Of a stretch of 24,726 bases of DNA, positions 8,787-17,102 are shown piece by piece. The notes below the pieces were generated by a model. It saw nothing but the letters and a program-made list of their open reading frames with translations. It was not told the DNA's origin and did not search any database. Position numbers and translations under genes: made by a program. Position 1 is the stretch's first letter, and each line of letters begins with the position of its first letter. The DNA is from Candidatus Micrarchaeota archaeon (GTDB lineage Archaea; Micrarchaeota; Micrarchaeia; Anstonellales; Bilamarchaeaceae), in NCBI GenBank assembly GCA_041694885.1, contig JBGFRX010000034.1, positions 1-24,726 of the forward strand, read 5' to 3'.

Positions 8787-8887
8787 AACGAACCTGATGA
8801 AATGAAGCCAGTGAGCGATATGAAATGATAACGGAATGCAATGGAAATTGAGTGAAATAAAATAAAAAAATTTGCTCTGGCGATGAA

Positions 8888-10711
8888 ATGGCGAAAAGAA
8901 ACAGGAACGCTCTTGTGTACGTGAACGGCAAGTTCATCGGGCAGTACGACAAGCCCGAGGACCTCGTGAAGCGCCTCAGGGAAAAGAGGAGGACGAACGA
9001 ACTCAATTACCAGGTCAATATCTACCATAACAGGCGCACAGGGGAAGTTTTCATAAACTCGGACAGCGGAAGGGTGAGAAAGCCTTATATATTAGTTGAG
9101 AATGGAAGGTCCCGCCTGACTCCGGAAATCCTCGAAAAGGCGAAGAACGGAATGCTCACGTGGCAGCACCTCGTGAAGATGGGTGTAATTGAATACTTGG
9201 ACGCGGAGGAAGAGGAAAACGCCTACGTCGCGCTCAAGCCCGAAGAGATAAAGCCCGAGCACACCCATCTCGAGCTCGACCCTTCCACGATTTTCGGGAT
9301 TACAACAAGCGTGCTTCCCTATGTGGAGCACAATTCCTCTCCGAGAATTACCATGGCGTGCGCAATGGCGAAGCAGAGCTTGGGAATATACGCATCCAAT
9401 TACCTCAACCGCTATGATACGAGGGTCTATCTGATGTATTATCCGCAGCAGCCGCTCGTGCAGACCGACTCCTACCGCGTGCTCAACATGAAAAGCACAG
9501 CAGCAGGGCAGAACTTCATAATCGCCCTCACTTCGTTCAGGGGCTTCAACATGGCAGATGGAATAGTCGTGAACCGCTCTGCTGTGGACAGGGGACTTGG
9601 AAGAGTGGTCATGCTCAAGACGTACGAAACAGAGGAAAGGCAATACCCGGGTGGACAGAAGGACAAAGTAGAGATGCCAAACCCAAGCGTTGTTGGATAC
9701 AGGGGAGAGGAGGCATACGCGAAACTTGGGGAGGATGGAATAGTACTTCCGGAAACTGAAGTGCACGAGCGAGACGTGCTCGTGGGAAAGACATCGCCCC
9801 CTAGATTCCTGGAGGAAATTTCCGTCTTCGGTGCAGTCGAGGAGAAGAAAAGGGAAAGTTCATTGGCGCTCAAGGCGCGTGAGCACGGGAAAGTGGATGC
9901 TGTACTCGTGACCGAGGGTCCGAGCGGAAACCGGCTCGTGAAAGTGCGCATAAGGTCAGTAAAAGTACCTGAATTGGGGGACAAGTTCGCCTCAAGGCAT
10001 GGACAGAAGGGCGTGGTGGGGCTTGTGGTCCCCCAGGAGGACATGCCTTTCACAAAAGACGGAATAGTCCCTGATTTGATAGTGAACCCGCACGCGATAC
10101 CCTCAAGAATGACAGCGGGACATTTGCTCGAGACCTTGGGAGGGAAAGCAGCTGCATTGGGAGAGACCCTGATGGACGGAACTGCGTTCAGTGGAAATAC
10201 GGAAGAAGATTATATGAAAGTCCTGAAGGAGCGCGGCTTCGATGAGTATGGTGAGGAAATACTATACGATGGAGTTACAGGTGAGCAGATAAAGACGAAA
10301 TTGTTCATAGGCGCGGTCTATTACCAGCGCCTCCACCACCTCGTGTCGAACAAGATGCACATGAGAAGCAGGGGGCCGATCCAGCTCCTTACTCACCAGC
10401 CGACCGAAGGAAAGGCAAGGGAAGGTGGCTTGAGATTCGGAGAAATGGAACGTGACTGCCTCATTGGCTATGGGGCAAGCATGCTGATAAAGGAGCGGCT
10501 GCTGGATGAGAGCGACAAGACAATACAGCTCGTGTGCACTGAATGCGGCGCAATTGCGAACCACGACTTCGTGAAGCACAAAGACGTGTGTCCCGTATGC
10601 GGGAACGAGAGCGTGGAGCCAATAGAAATGAGCTACGCCTTCAAACTTCTCTTAGACGAGATAAAATCGCTCTACATATTCCCAAGGATAATACTCAGGG
10701 ACAAGGCATGA
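8888..10711 (+). CDS. rpoB1: DNA-directed RNA polymerase subunit B' (Rpo2C)
   Basis: Motifs VYVNG (start), HNSSPR, GDKFASRHGQKG, NPHAIPSRMT, GGLRFGEMERD and C-terminal Zn ribbon CTECG...CPVCG. Confidence 0.98.
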   Translation: MAKRNRNALVYVNGKFIGQYDKPEDLVKRLREKRRTNELNYQVNIYHNRRTGEVFINSDSGRVRKPYILVENGRSRLTPEILEKAKNGMLTWQHLVKMGVIEYLDAEEEENAYVALKPEEIKPEHTHLELDPSTIFGITTSVLPYVEHNSSPRITMACAMAKQSLGIYASNYLNRYDTRVYLMYYPQQPLVQTDSYRVLNMKSTAAGQNFIIALTSFRGFNMADGIVVNRSAVDRGLGRVVMLKTYETEERQYPGGQKDKVEMPNPSVVGYRGEEAYAKLGEDGIVLPETEVHERDVLVGKTSPPRFLEEISVFGAVEEKKRESSLALKAREHGKVDAVLVTEGPSGNRLVKVRIRSVKVPELGDKFASRHGQKGVVGLVVPQEDMPFTKDGIVPDLIVNPHAIPSRMTAGHLLETLGGKAAALGETLMDGTAFSGNTEEDYMKVLKERGFDEYGEEILYDGVTGEQIKTKLFIGAVYYQRLHHLVSNKMHMRSRGPIQLLTHQPTEGKAREGGLRFGEMERDCLIGYGASMLIKERLLDESDKTIQLVCTECGAIANHDFVKHKDVCPVCGNESVEPIEMSYAFKLLLDEIKSLYIFPRIILRDKA

Positions 10712-10743
10712 TTCGCGAAATGATATCCTAAGAGGGTGCGCAA

Positions 10744-13350
10744 ATGATCTCTTCCGATATGAGGAAAATAATAGACCGGATAAGGTTTTCAATATTCTCA
10801 CCAGAGCTCGTGCGCAAGATGAGCGCCGCAAGAATAACCGTTCCGGATACATACGATGACGACGGTTACCCGATAGACGGAGGGCTTGTGGACACGCGTC
10901 TGGGAGTTGTGGATCCGGGGCTGCGCTGCAAGACCTGCGGTGGAAGGGCAAAGGAATGCCCTGGCCATTTCGGCCATATAGACCTCGTGAGACCAGTTGT
11001 GCACGTGGAATTCGGAAAGCACATTTACGCTGTGCTCAAGGCGCTCTGTCCTGCATGCAAAAAGCGCATATCCGACAAGCCCGCAGTTAGTGCAGCGGAA
11101 GTGACGGAAGGCGCAGTTGGAAAAATACAGTCCGCTGCTGAGAAAACAGAGAAAACAGAAGAAAAGGGCGCGAAGGATAAGAAGGAGGAATTGAAAGAAG
11201 GAGCAAAACCCAGGGAGAAGAAGGGAAGCAGGAAGAAGTGCCAGCACTGCGGAGCTCAGCTTCCTGAATTCAAGTACCTCAAGCCAACTGCATTCTATCG
11301 GGACAAGGAAGAGCTCCTTCCAGGAGAGATAAGGGACATGCTTTCTGGAATAAGCGACGACGATATAAGGAAGCTCGGCTTCGATCCGGCGTATGCAAGA
11401 CCTGAGTGGACGGTTCTGGGTGCGCTTCCGGTTCCTCCTGTGAACGTAAGACCGAGCATCACGCTCGAAACAGGGGAAAGGAGCGAGGACGATCTTACTC
11501 ACAAATTAGTGGATATAATCAGGATAAACCAGAAATTGGAAGCGAACATAAACGCAGGAGCCCCACAACTCATAATAGAGGATCTCTGGGAACTCCTCCA
11601 ATATCACGTAACTACGTTCTTTGACAATGAGACGGCGAACATACCTCCTGCGAGGCACAGGAGCGGAAGGCCGCTCAAGACCCTTGCGCAGCGGCTCAAG
11701 GGAAAGGAGGGACGATTCAGGTATAACTTGAGCGGAAAGCGCGTGAATTTTTCCGCGCGAACCGTAATTTCGCCTGATCCGATGATTTCAATAGGGGAAG
11801 TGGGGATTCCGCGCGAAGTTGCAGAGGAATTGACTGTTCCGCTTTCAGTTACCGAATGGAACCTCGAGAAACGCAAATCACTTGTGCTGTCGGAAAAATA
11901 CCCGAGAGCGATTTACGTCATAAGGCCTGATCAGAAGCGCGTGAAGATAACCGAACTGACGAAAACAGAGATAGCGGAGAATCTCAAGGTCGGCTCGGTC
12001 ATAGAAACGCAGATAATGGACGGAAGCATCGCGCTGTTCAACAGGCAGCCGAGCTTGCATCGCGTGAACATGATGGCGCATGAAGTGAAGGTGCTTCCTG
12101 GAAAAACATTCCGGCTCAATCCTGCAGTCACTCCACCCTACAACGCGGACTTCGACGGGGACGAGATGAACCTCCACATTCCCCAGACGCAGGAAGCGCA
12201 GGCAGAGGCGAAGGTGCTCATGAAGGTCGAGGACCAGATACTTTCTCCGAGGCACGGTCACGCGATAATAAAGCCGCAGGAAGATTACGTTTCAGGTCTC
12301 TACTTCCTCACCCAGGACAGCACGGTGCTAACGAAAGCAGAGGCGTCGAGGATTCTCTATGTAGCTGGCATAACCGAGCTTCCCAAGCCGGACAAAGGGA
12401 AAGGTTATTCCGGAAAAAGCATATTTTCCCAGCTCCTTCCCAAAGAGCTCAGCATGAAGATACAGTCCAAGCTCGAGGAGGAGATAGTGATAAGGGAGGG
12501 AAAGCTCATGAAGGGCACTATAGAGAGCAAGGCAATAGAAAACGATTTGCTCGAGCAGATATTCATGCAATACGGAGCAGCAGAGACCAGGCGCTTCCTG
12601 GACAGCGTGACCAAGGTTGCAGTTGAGATGATAACGCGCACAGGGCTGAGCGTTTCCCTGAAGAGCTATTCCCTTTCTCCGAAGGCCCAGGCGAGGATAG
12701 GCGAGATTGAGGAGCGCATGAACCGGGAAATAGAGAACCTGATAATGCGCTACAGGAACAAGACGCTGGGAAGATCTCCGGGCATGTCTCTCAAGGAGAC
12801 GCTCGAGAGCACGATAATGCAGCTCGCTTCCAAGACGAGGGACGAGATAGGCAAGATAGTGGAGGATGATTTGGGCATGGAAAACGCCTCGATAATCATG
12901 GCGAAGATAGGCGCGAGGGGGAGTTTGCTCAATGCGATACAGATGAGCGCCTCTGTTTCCCAGCAGGCGGTGAGGAGCAGGAGACCTGCGCGCGGCTACC
13001 GCAGAAGGAATCTGCCCTTCAACTATCCGGGAATACTCTCTGCAAGGGAGCGCGGCTTCGTGTTCAGCTCGTTCAGGAAAGGGCTTACCCCTGATGAATT
13101 CTATCTCCACTCCATGGGAGGAAGAGAATCGCTTGTCAACACAGCGATAAGGACTGCAAGAAGCGGATACATGCAGAGGCGGCTGATAAACGCCTTCCAG
13201 GACCTGGTCGCATACCCGGACAAGACGGTGCGGGACGCGAATGGCACCATAGTCCAGTTCCTCTATGGCGGGGATGGAAAAGACGCGATGCTCGCGAGCA
13301 AAACAGAGGCAGCGGACGTCGCGAAGCAGGACGATGTTGATACTGCATGA
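10744..13350 (+). CDS. rpoA1: DNA-directed RNA polymerase subunit A' (Rpo1N)
   Basis: Motifs CKTCG...CPGHFGHI, LKGKEGRFRYNLSGKRVNFSAR, NRQPSLH, catalytic NADFDGD and bridge helix ...SGYMQRRL. Confidence 0.98.
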   Translation: MISSDMRKIIDRIRFSIFSPELVRKMSAARITVPDTYDDDGYPIDGGLVDTRLGVVDPGLRCKTCGGRAKECPGHFGHIDLVRPVVHVEFGKHIYAVLKALCPACKKRISDKPAVSAAEVTEGAVGKIQSAAEKTEKTEEKGAKDKKEELKEGAKPREKKGSRKKCQHCGAQLPEFKYLKPTAFYRDKEELLPGEIRDMLSGISDDDIRKLGFDPAYARPEWTVLGALPVPPVNVRPSITLETGERSEDDLTHKLVDIIRINQKLEANINAGAPQLIIEDLWELLQYHVTTFFDNETANIPPARHRSGRPLKTLAQRLKGKEGRFRYNLSGKRVNFSARTVISPDPMISIGEVGIPREVAEELTVPLSVTEWNLEKRKSLVLSEKYPRAIYVIRPDQKRVKITELTKTEIAENLKVGSVIETQIMDGSIALFNRQPSLHRVNMMAHEVKVLPGKTFRLNPAVTPPYNADFDGDEMNLHIPQTQEAQAEAKVLMKVEDQILSPRHGHAIIKPQEDYVSGLYFLTQDSTVLTKAEASRILYVAGITELPKPDKGKGYSGKSIFSQLLPKELSMKIQSKLEEEIVIREGKLMKGTIESKAIENDLLEQIFMQYGAAETRRFLDSVTKVAVEMITRTGLSVSLKSYSLSPKAQARIGEIEERMNREIENLIMRYRNKTLGRSPGMSLKETLESTIMQLASKTRDEIGKIVEDDLGMENASIIMAKIGARGSLLNAIQMSASVSQQAVRSRRPARGYRRRNLPFNYPGILSARERGFVFSSFRKGLTPDEFYLHSMGGRESLVNTAIRTARSGYMQRRLINAFQDLVAYPDKTVRDANGTIVQFLYGGDGKDAMLASKTEAADVAKQDDVDTA

Positions 13351-13427
13351 TTCGCAATGTACGAATGACGCGCATAATGAATAATGGAATATGATGCACG
13401 AATTCCGAAGACAAATCTGGTGAAAAT

Positions 13428-15896
13428 ATGGCAACTGCTAAAAAAACATTCACGCAAATCGCGCCCTACGAGGCAGTGGGGATAGTAGCTGCGCAGAGCA
13501 TAGGTGAGCCCGGCACCCAGATGTCTCTTCCTTACGGAGAGAAAGTGATAGTCAAGGAACGCGGAGCGGTGAAGATAGTTGAAATAGGCGCATTCATAGA
13601 CGCGAAAATGAAAGCACGCGGATTCGTTTCGGAAGACGGGCACGAAATTTGCGACCTTCGTGAAAGAGAGGAGGTTTACGCACCTTCCTTCACTGCGGAC
13701 GAGAAAGTGGAATGGAAAAAAGTGAGCGCGCTGAGCAGGCACAGGTCGCCTGAGAAATTGGTGCGCATCACGCTGCGCTCAGGAAGGAGGATAACCGCAA
13801 CCCCGTTCCATTCGTTCGTGATCAGGAGAAACAACGCAGTAGTTGCTGTTGCCGCAAGCGCGTTGAAAAAAGGCATGCGGCTTCCGGTTGTGCGCAACCT
13901 TTGGCTTGCAGAGACGCTTTCGCGCATGGACCTGCAGCCCGCACTCGAAGCCGGAATAAAACATCTCACTTCCTCGAACGGAATGCTCTGCGCCTATTCA
14001 AGGCAAAACAGCAGGCCGCTTCCAAGGAACTTTGCACCCGACGCCGAATCCGGCTGGTTTACGGGCATATACCTCGCGGAAGGCCATTCCGGGCGCAGCT
14101 GCCTTTCCATTTCAAACGCAAACCCCGCAGTGCAGGAAAAAGTCCGCTCGTTCGCGCATAAGCGCGGCATTGCAATGAACGAATACGAAAACAGAATGGG
14201 TTTCGCTCCCTCGCGCGACCTGCGTTTGAATTCAACTCTGCTTTCGCAGTTCTTGGAAGCGGAAACCGGCCGCGGTTCGCATGCAAAAAAGGTCCCGGAA
14301 TTCGCGTACTCAGCAGGCGACGAATTCGTATCCGCGCTGCTGAGGGGCTATTTCGACGGCGACGGAAACGTGAATGTGGAAAGGAAGGTAATCCGGCTTT
14401 CTTCGGTTTCCAAAGGGTTGCTCGACGGAATTGCGCTTCTTCTTGCGCGCTTCGGAATCTTCGCTACGAAGCGCAGGGACAAAAAGTGCTGCACGCTTTC
14501 CATCTCATACAGGCATGCTAACGCGTTCCTGGAAAAAATCGGCTCGGACATTGGGGAAAAAAGGAGCGCGCTCGAGAAGCTCGCCGCAATCCAAAGCGAA
14601 ATTGGCTACAATGCCGTTGACGTCATCCCAGGCATAGGCGATGCGCTGCTAAGTGCAGCGCGCAAGACCGGCCTTCCTTCGCGCATGGTGAAGAGCTGCA
14701 CGCGACGCGACAAGATAGGCCGCTCCACGCTTGTGAAATACCTGAATGTTTTCGATTCCATCGCATCCAGGGAAGGCATTTCCATGCCTGAGCTTGAGCC
14801 CCTGAGGAAGGCTGCTGAAGGGGACGCAGTATGGGATGAGATATCGGATATTGAGGAAGTCGCCTCAGAACACGAATCCGTGTATGATTTCACCGTTCCC
14901 GGAACCGAGACCTTCGCCACCTTTGAAGGAGTGATAACTCACAATACGATGCGCACATTCCACTACGCGGGCGTGGCAGAGCACGTTCCTACGGGCCTTC
15001 CGCGCCTTATAGAAATCGTGGATGCGAAGAAAGAGCCAAAGAAGCCGATAATGGACATTTACCTGAAAAGCGATTTCAGGAGCGAGGAAAAGGCGAAGGA
15101 CGTTAGCTACAACCTGGAGAGCGTTTCGATCGGTCAGGTCGCATCCGTATCGGACGACCTCGAGAGAAAACGACTCACTGTGAAGTTCAACGAGAAGGAC
15201 GCAAAAGAGATGGGAATTACGTTCAGGATGCTTCGCGACGCAGTGGAGAAAATGAGCGTATTCGGAATCGAAGTGAAGGAAGAGGACAAAAGAATAGTCA
15301 TAGCCCCGCGGGGAAAGAAAGGGGACGAAATAAACCTGCGCCAGCTAAGGCGACTCACGAACTCCATAAGGCATGCGCTCATAAAAGGAGTCCCGGGAGT
15401 GAAAAGGGCAGTTGTAGTGAAAGAGGGCGGCGAGACGTTCATACGCGCAGGCGGCTCGAACATCCTGGGTGTGATGTCGCATTCTGCAGTGAACCCGAAG
15501 AAGATATACACAAACAGCATAAAGCAGATAGAGTCGGTTTTGGGAATCGAGGCAGCGCGCAACGCGATTCTAAGGGAAATAAAGCAGGTTCTTGACATGC
15601 AGAAGCTCTACGTTGACGTGAGGCACATAATGCTCGTTTCTGATGCGCTTTGTGTAGAAGGCATGGTGAAGAGCGTAGGCCGCCATGGCCTTTCTGGACA
15701 GAAAACCGGCGTCTTCGGGCGTGCTGCATTCGAGGAGACGATAAAGCACCTGGTGAATGCGAGCGTGAAGGCGGAGGAGGACCGGCTCGTAGGAGTTACC
15801 GAGAATATAATCGTGGGGCAGACCGTTCCGATGGGAACAGGGAAGATACGGCTCGTGGTTAGCGCTCCGAAAAAGAAACACAGGAAAAGTGAGTAA
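13428..15896 (+). CDS. rpoA2: DNA-directed RNA polymerase subunit A'' (Rpo1C), intein-containing precursor (about 348 aa after splicing)
   Basis: EAVGIVAAQSIGEPGTQM|intein|TMRTFHYAG, GLPRLIEI, LGIEAARNA, VDVRHIML, RAAFEET, GVTENIIVGQ; GGTGA SD. Confidence 0.97.
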   Translation: MATAKKTFTQIAPYEAVGIVAAQSIGEPGTQMSLPYGEKVIVKERGAVKIVEIGAFIDAKMKARGFVSEDGHEICDLREREEVYAPSFTADEKVEWKKVSALSRHRSPEKLVRITLRSGRRITATPFHSFVIRRNNAVVAVAASALKKGMRLPVVRNLWLAETLSRMDLQPALEAGIKHLTSSNGMLCAYSRQNSRPLPRNFAPDAESGWFTGIYLAEGHSGRSCLSISNANPAVQEKVRSFAHKRGIAMNEYENRMGFAPSRDLRLNSTLLSQFLEAETGRGSHAKKVPEFAYSAGDEFVSALLRGYFDGDGNVNVERKVIRLSSVSKGLLDGIALLLARFGIFATKRRDKKCCTLSISYRHANAFLEKIGSDIGEKRSALEKLAAIQSEIGYNAVDVIPGIGDALLSAARKTGLPSRMVKSCTRRDKIGRSTLVKYLNVFDSIASREGISMPELEPLRKAAEGDAVWDEISDIEEVASEHESVYDFTVPGTETFATFEGVITHNTMRTFHYAGVAEHVPTGLPRLIEIVDAKKEPKKPIMDIYLKSDFRSEEKAKDVSYNLESVSIGQVASVSDDLERKRLTVKFNEKDAKEMGITFRMLRDAVEKMSVFGIEVKEEDKRIVIAPRGKKGDEINLRQLRRLTNSIRHALIKGVPGVKRAVVVKEGGETFIRAGGSNILGVMSHSAVNPKKIYTNSIKQIESVLGIEAARNAILREIKQVLDMQKLYVDVRHIMLVSDALCVEGMVKSVGRHGLSGQKTGVFGRAAFEETIKHLVNASVKAEEDRLVGVTENIIVGQTVPMGTGKIRLVVSAPKKKHRKSE
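13524..14945 (+). mobile_element. Intein (474 aa) with LAGLIDADG homing endonuclease in Rpo1C
   Basis: N-terminus SLPYGEKV (Ser1); block B RITLRSGRRITATPFH; endonuclease blocks GIYLAEG and LLRGYFDGDG; block F VYDFTV; block G ITHN followed by extein Thr+1. Removal restores GTQM-TMRTFH. Confidence 0.97.
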
Positions 15897-15918
15897 AACA
15901 ATGCGATGGTTGGTGCTT

Positions 15919-16398
15919 ATGGCCGAAGAAATTGAAAACGAGAAGGAAGAAATGAGCCGGGAAGAAGGCGCTGAAGGCGGAACGCAAAACTCCGAACTCA
16001 AAACCGGAGAGGAAGAAGAAGATAAAAGGCCGCGCAGGAAAAAGAAGGAGAAAAAGGCGGTGAAGAAAAGGAAATCCAGGAAAGAAAAGGAAAAACCCCT
16101 CGCGCGTGCAGTGCGCATGGCAGTTGAAACCGGAAAGGTGGAGTTTGGGGCGAAAACCGGAGTTAAGGACTCCCTTCTTGCAAAGGCGAAAGTCATCGTA
16201 ATCGCGTCCAATGCGCCTAAGGAACTCCAGGAGGACATTTTCCATTTCTCGCGACTCTCCAATATGCCCGTGCTTGTCTTTGACGGCACTTCCATGGAAC
16301 TGGGTTCGATATGCGGAAAGCCCTACTCCGTGAGTGTGCTTTCCGTTTACGATGGAGGGAGTTCTGACATACTCGAACTTGCAAAGCAGAAAAAGTGA
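15919..16398 (+). CDS. rpl30e: 50S ribosomal protein eL30 with a long charged N-terminal extension
   Basis: Core AVETGKVEFG...AKVIVIASNAP...GTSMELGSICGKPYSVSVL...GSSDI; syntenic between rpoA'' and nusA. ATG 15919 follows GGTG; an in-frame GTG at 15889 is an alternative start. Confidence 0.95.
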   Translation: MAEEIENEKEEMSREEGAEGGTQNSELKTGEEEEDKRPRRKKKEKKAVKKRKSRKEKEKPLARAVRMAVETGKVEFGAKTGVKDSLLAKAKVIVIASNAPKELQEDIFHFSRLSNMPVLVFDGTSMELGSICGKPYSVSVLSVYDGGSSDILELAKQKK

Positions 16399-16403
16399 TT
16401 CTT

Positions 16404-16865
16404 TTGGAATTGACAGGGGACGAGCTGCAGCTTTTTTCCATTTTTTCGAAAATAAGCGGAGCTGAGGCAACTGATTTCGAGAAGACGGACTATGGGCTTG
16501 TCTTTCTCGTACAGAAGCAGGACCTTGGAAGGGCGATAGGCAAGCAGGGCTCTACCCTGCAGCGGCTTCGCAATGCGATGAAGCAGAATGTGTTCGTCTA
16601 CGCGGATAGTCCCGAATTGGAAGAGTTCGTGCGCGGCCTTTTCAATAACATAACCATTCTGAATATAGAAATTCGCGAGGCGATGGGAGAAAAGGCGGTC
16701 TTTCTGCACGTCCCGGAGAAGGACAGAGGCTTCGCAATTGGAAAGGAAGGGATGAGGATAAAGATCGCGAAACAGCTACTTAGGAGGAAATTCAATTCGA
16801 CTATTTCGGTGAAAGTGAGAAGGAGCGCGATAGAAATACCTCCTGATGCGCAGCATATTGGATGA
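16404..16865 (+). CDS. nusA: Archaeal NusA-family KH-domain transcription factor
   Basis: Two KH GxxG loops (GRAIGKQG, GFAIGKEG); canonical position after rpl30e. Start is TTG 16404 after GTGAT, or GTG 16395 overlapping the rpl30e stop. Confidence 0.93.
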   Translation: MELTGDELQLFSIFSKISGAEATDFEKTDYGLVFLVQKQDLGRAIGKQGSTLQRLRNAMKQNVFVYADSPELEEFVRGLFNNITILNIEIREAMGEKAVFLHVPEKDRGFAIGKEGMRIKIAKQLLRRKFNSTISVKVRRSAIEIPPDAQHIG

Positions 16866-16884
16866 AGCCTGCCCTGAGTCAAAG

Positions 16885-16894
16885 TTTATAAATA
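16885..16894 (+). promoter_or_regulatory. Putative TATA box for the rps12-rps7-EF2 transcript
   Basis: TTTATAAATA preceded by purine-rich CAAAG (BRE-like), upstream of a roughly 190-nt leader. Confidence 0.6.
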
Positions 16895-16945
16895 CCTTCT
16901 TCATAAATCCTTTTACTTCTATTTCAGTTAAATCAGAAGTTCTGA

Positions 16946-17085
16946 TCTCGTTCTGGTTTTGTGGCAGTTTTACGTTCCGAAACAGGGAACGCGAAACGGG
17001 AGACCGGATCGGGAAAACCGAAAGGTTTTCACGAGACAGCGGTCGAAATGTCGACTGCTGGAAACCGCAAACTAATAAGACGAGA
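16946..17085 (+). ncRNA. Putative structured cis-regulatory RNA / ncRNA upstream of rps12
   Basis: Closing stems TCTCGTTCT/AGACGAGA and GGTTTTGTGG/CCGCAAACT enclose four hairpins: CGTTCC/GGAACG, CGG-GAGA-CCG, GAAAACC-GAAA-GGTTTTC and CAGCGGTCGA-AATG-TCGACTGCTG. Pairing was done by eye. Confidence 0.6.
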
Positions 17086-17102
17086 AGAAAATTATTGGTG
17101 AA

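Noticed and set aside
8787..8887. Frameshifted or pseudogenised rpoB, and likewise rpoA
   Set aside because: The B''/B' and A'/A'' splits are at positions normal for archaea, and each half has its own start and intact motifs.
12328..13434. Long antisense ORFs (368 aa here; also 9092-9766, 10798-11502, 15570-16295, 20392-21201, 21235-21930)
   Set aside because: They are shadows of strongly conserved + strand genes, with no recognisable motifs.
16946..17085. tRNA, SRP RNA or RNase P RNA
   Set aside because: No T-loop or cloverleaf consensus, no SRP helix-8 motif, and no RNase P GAGGAAAGUCC-type motif.
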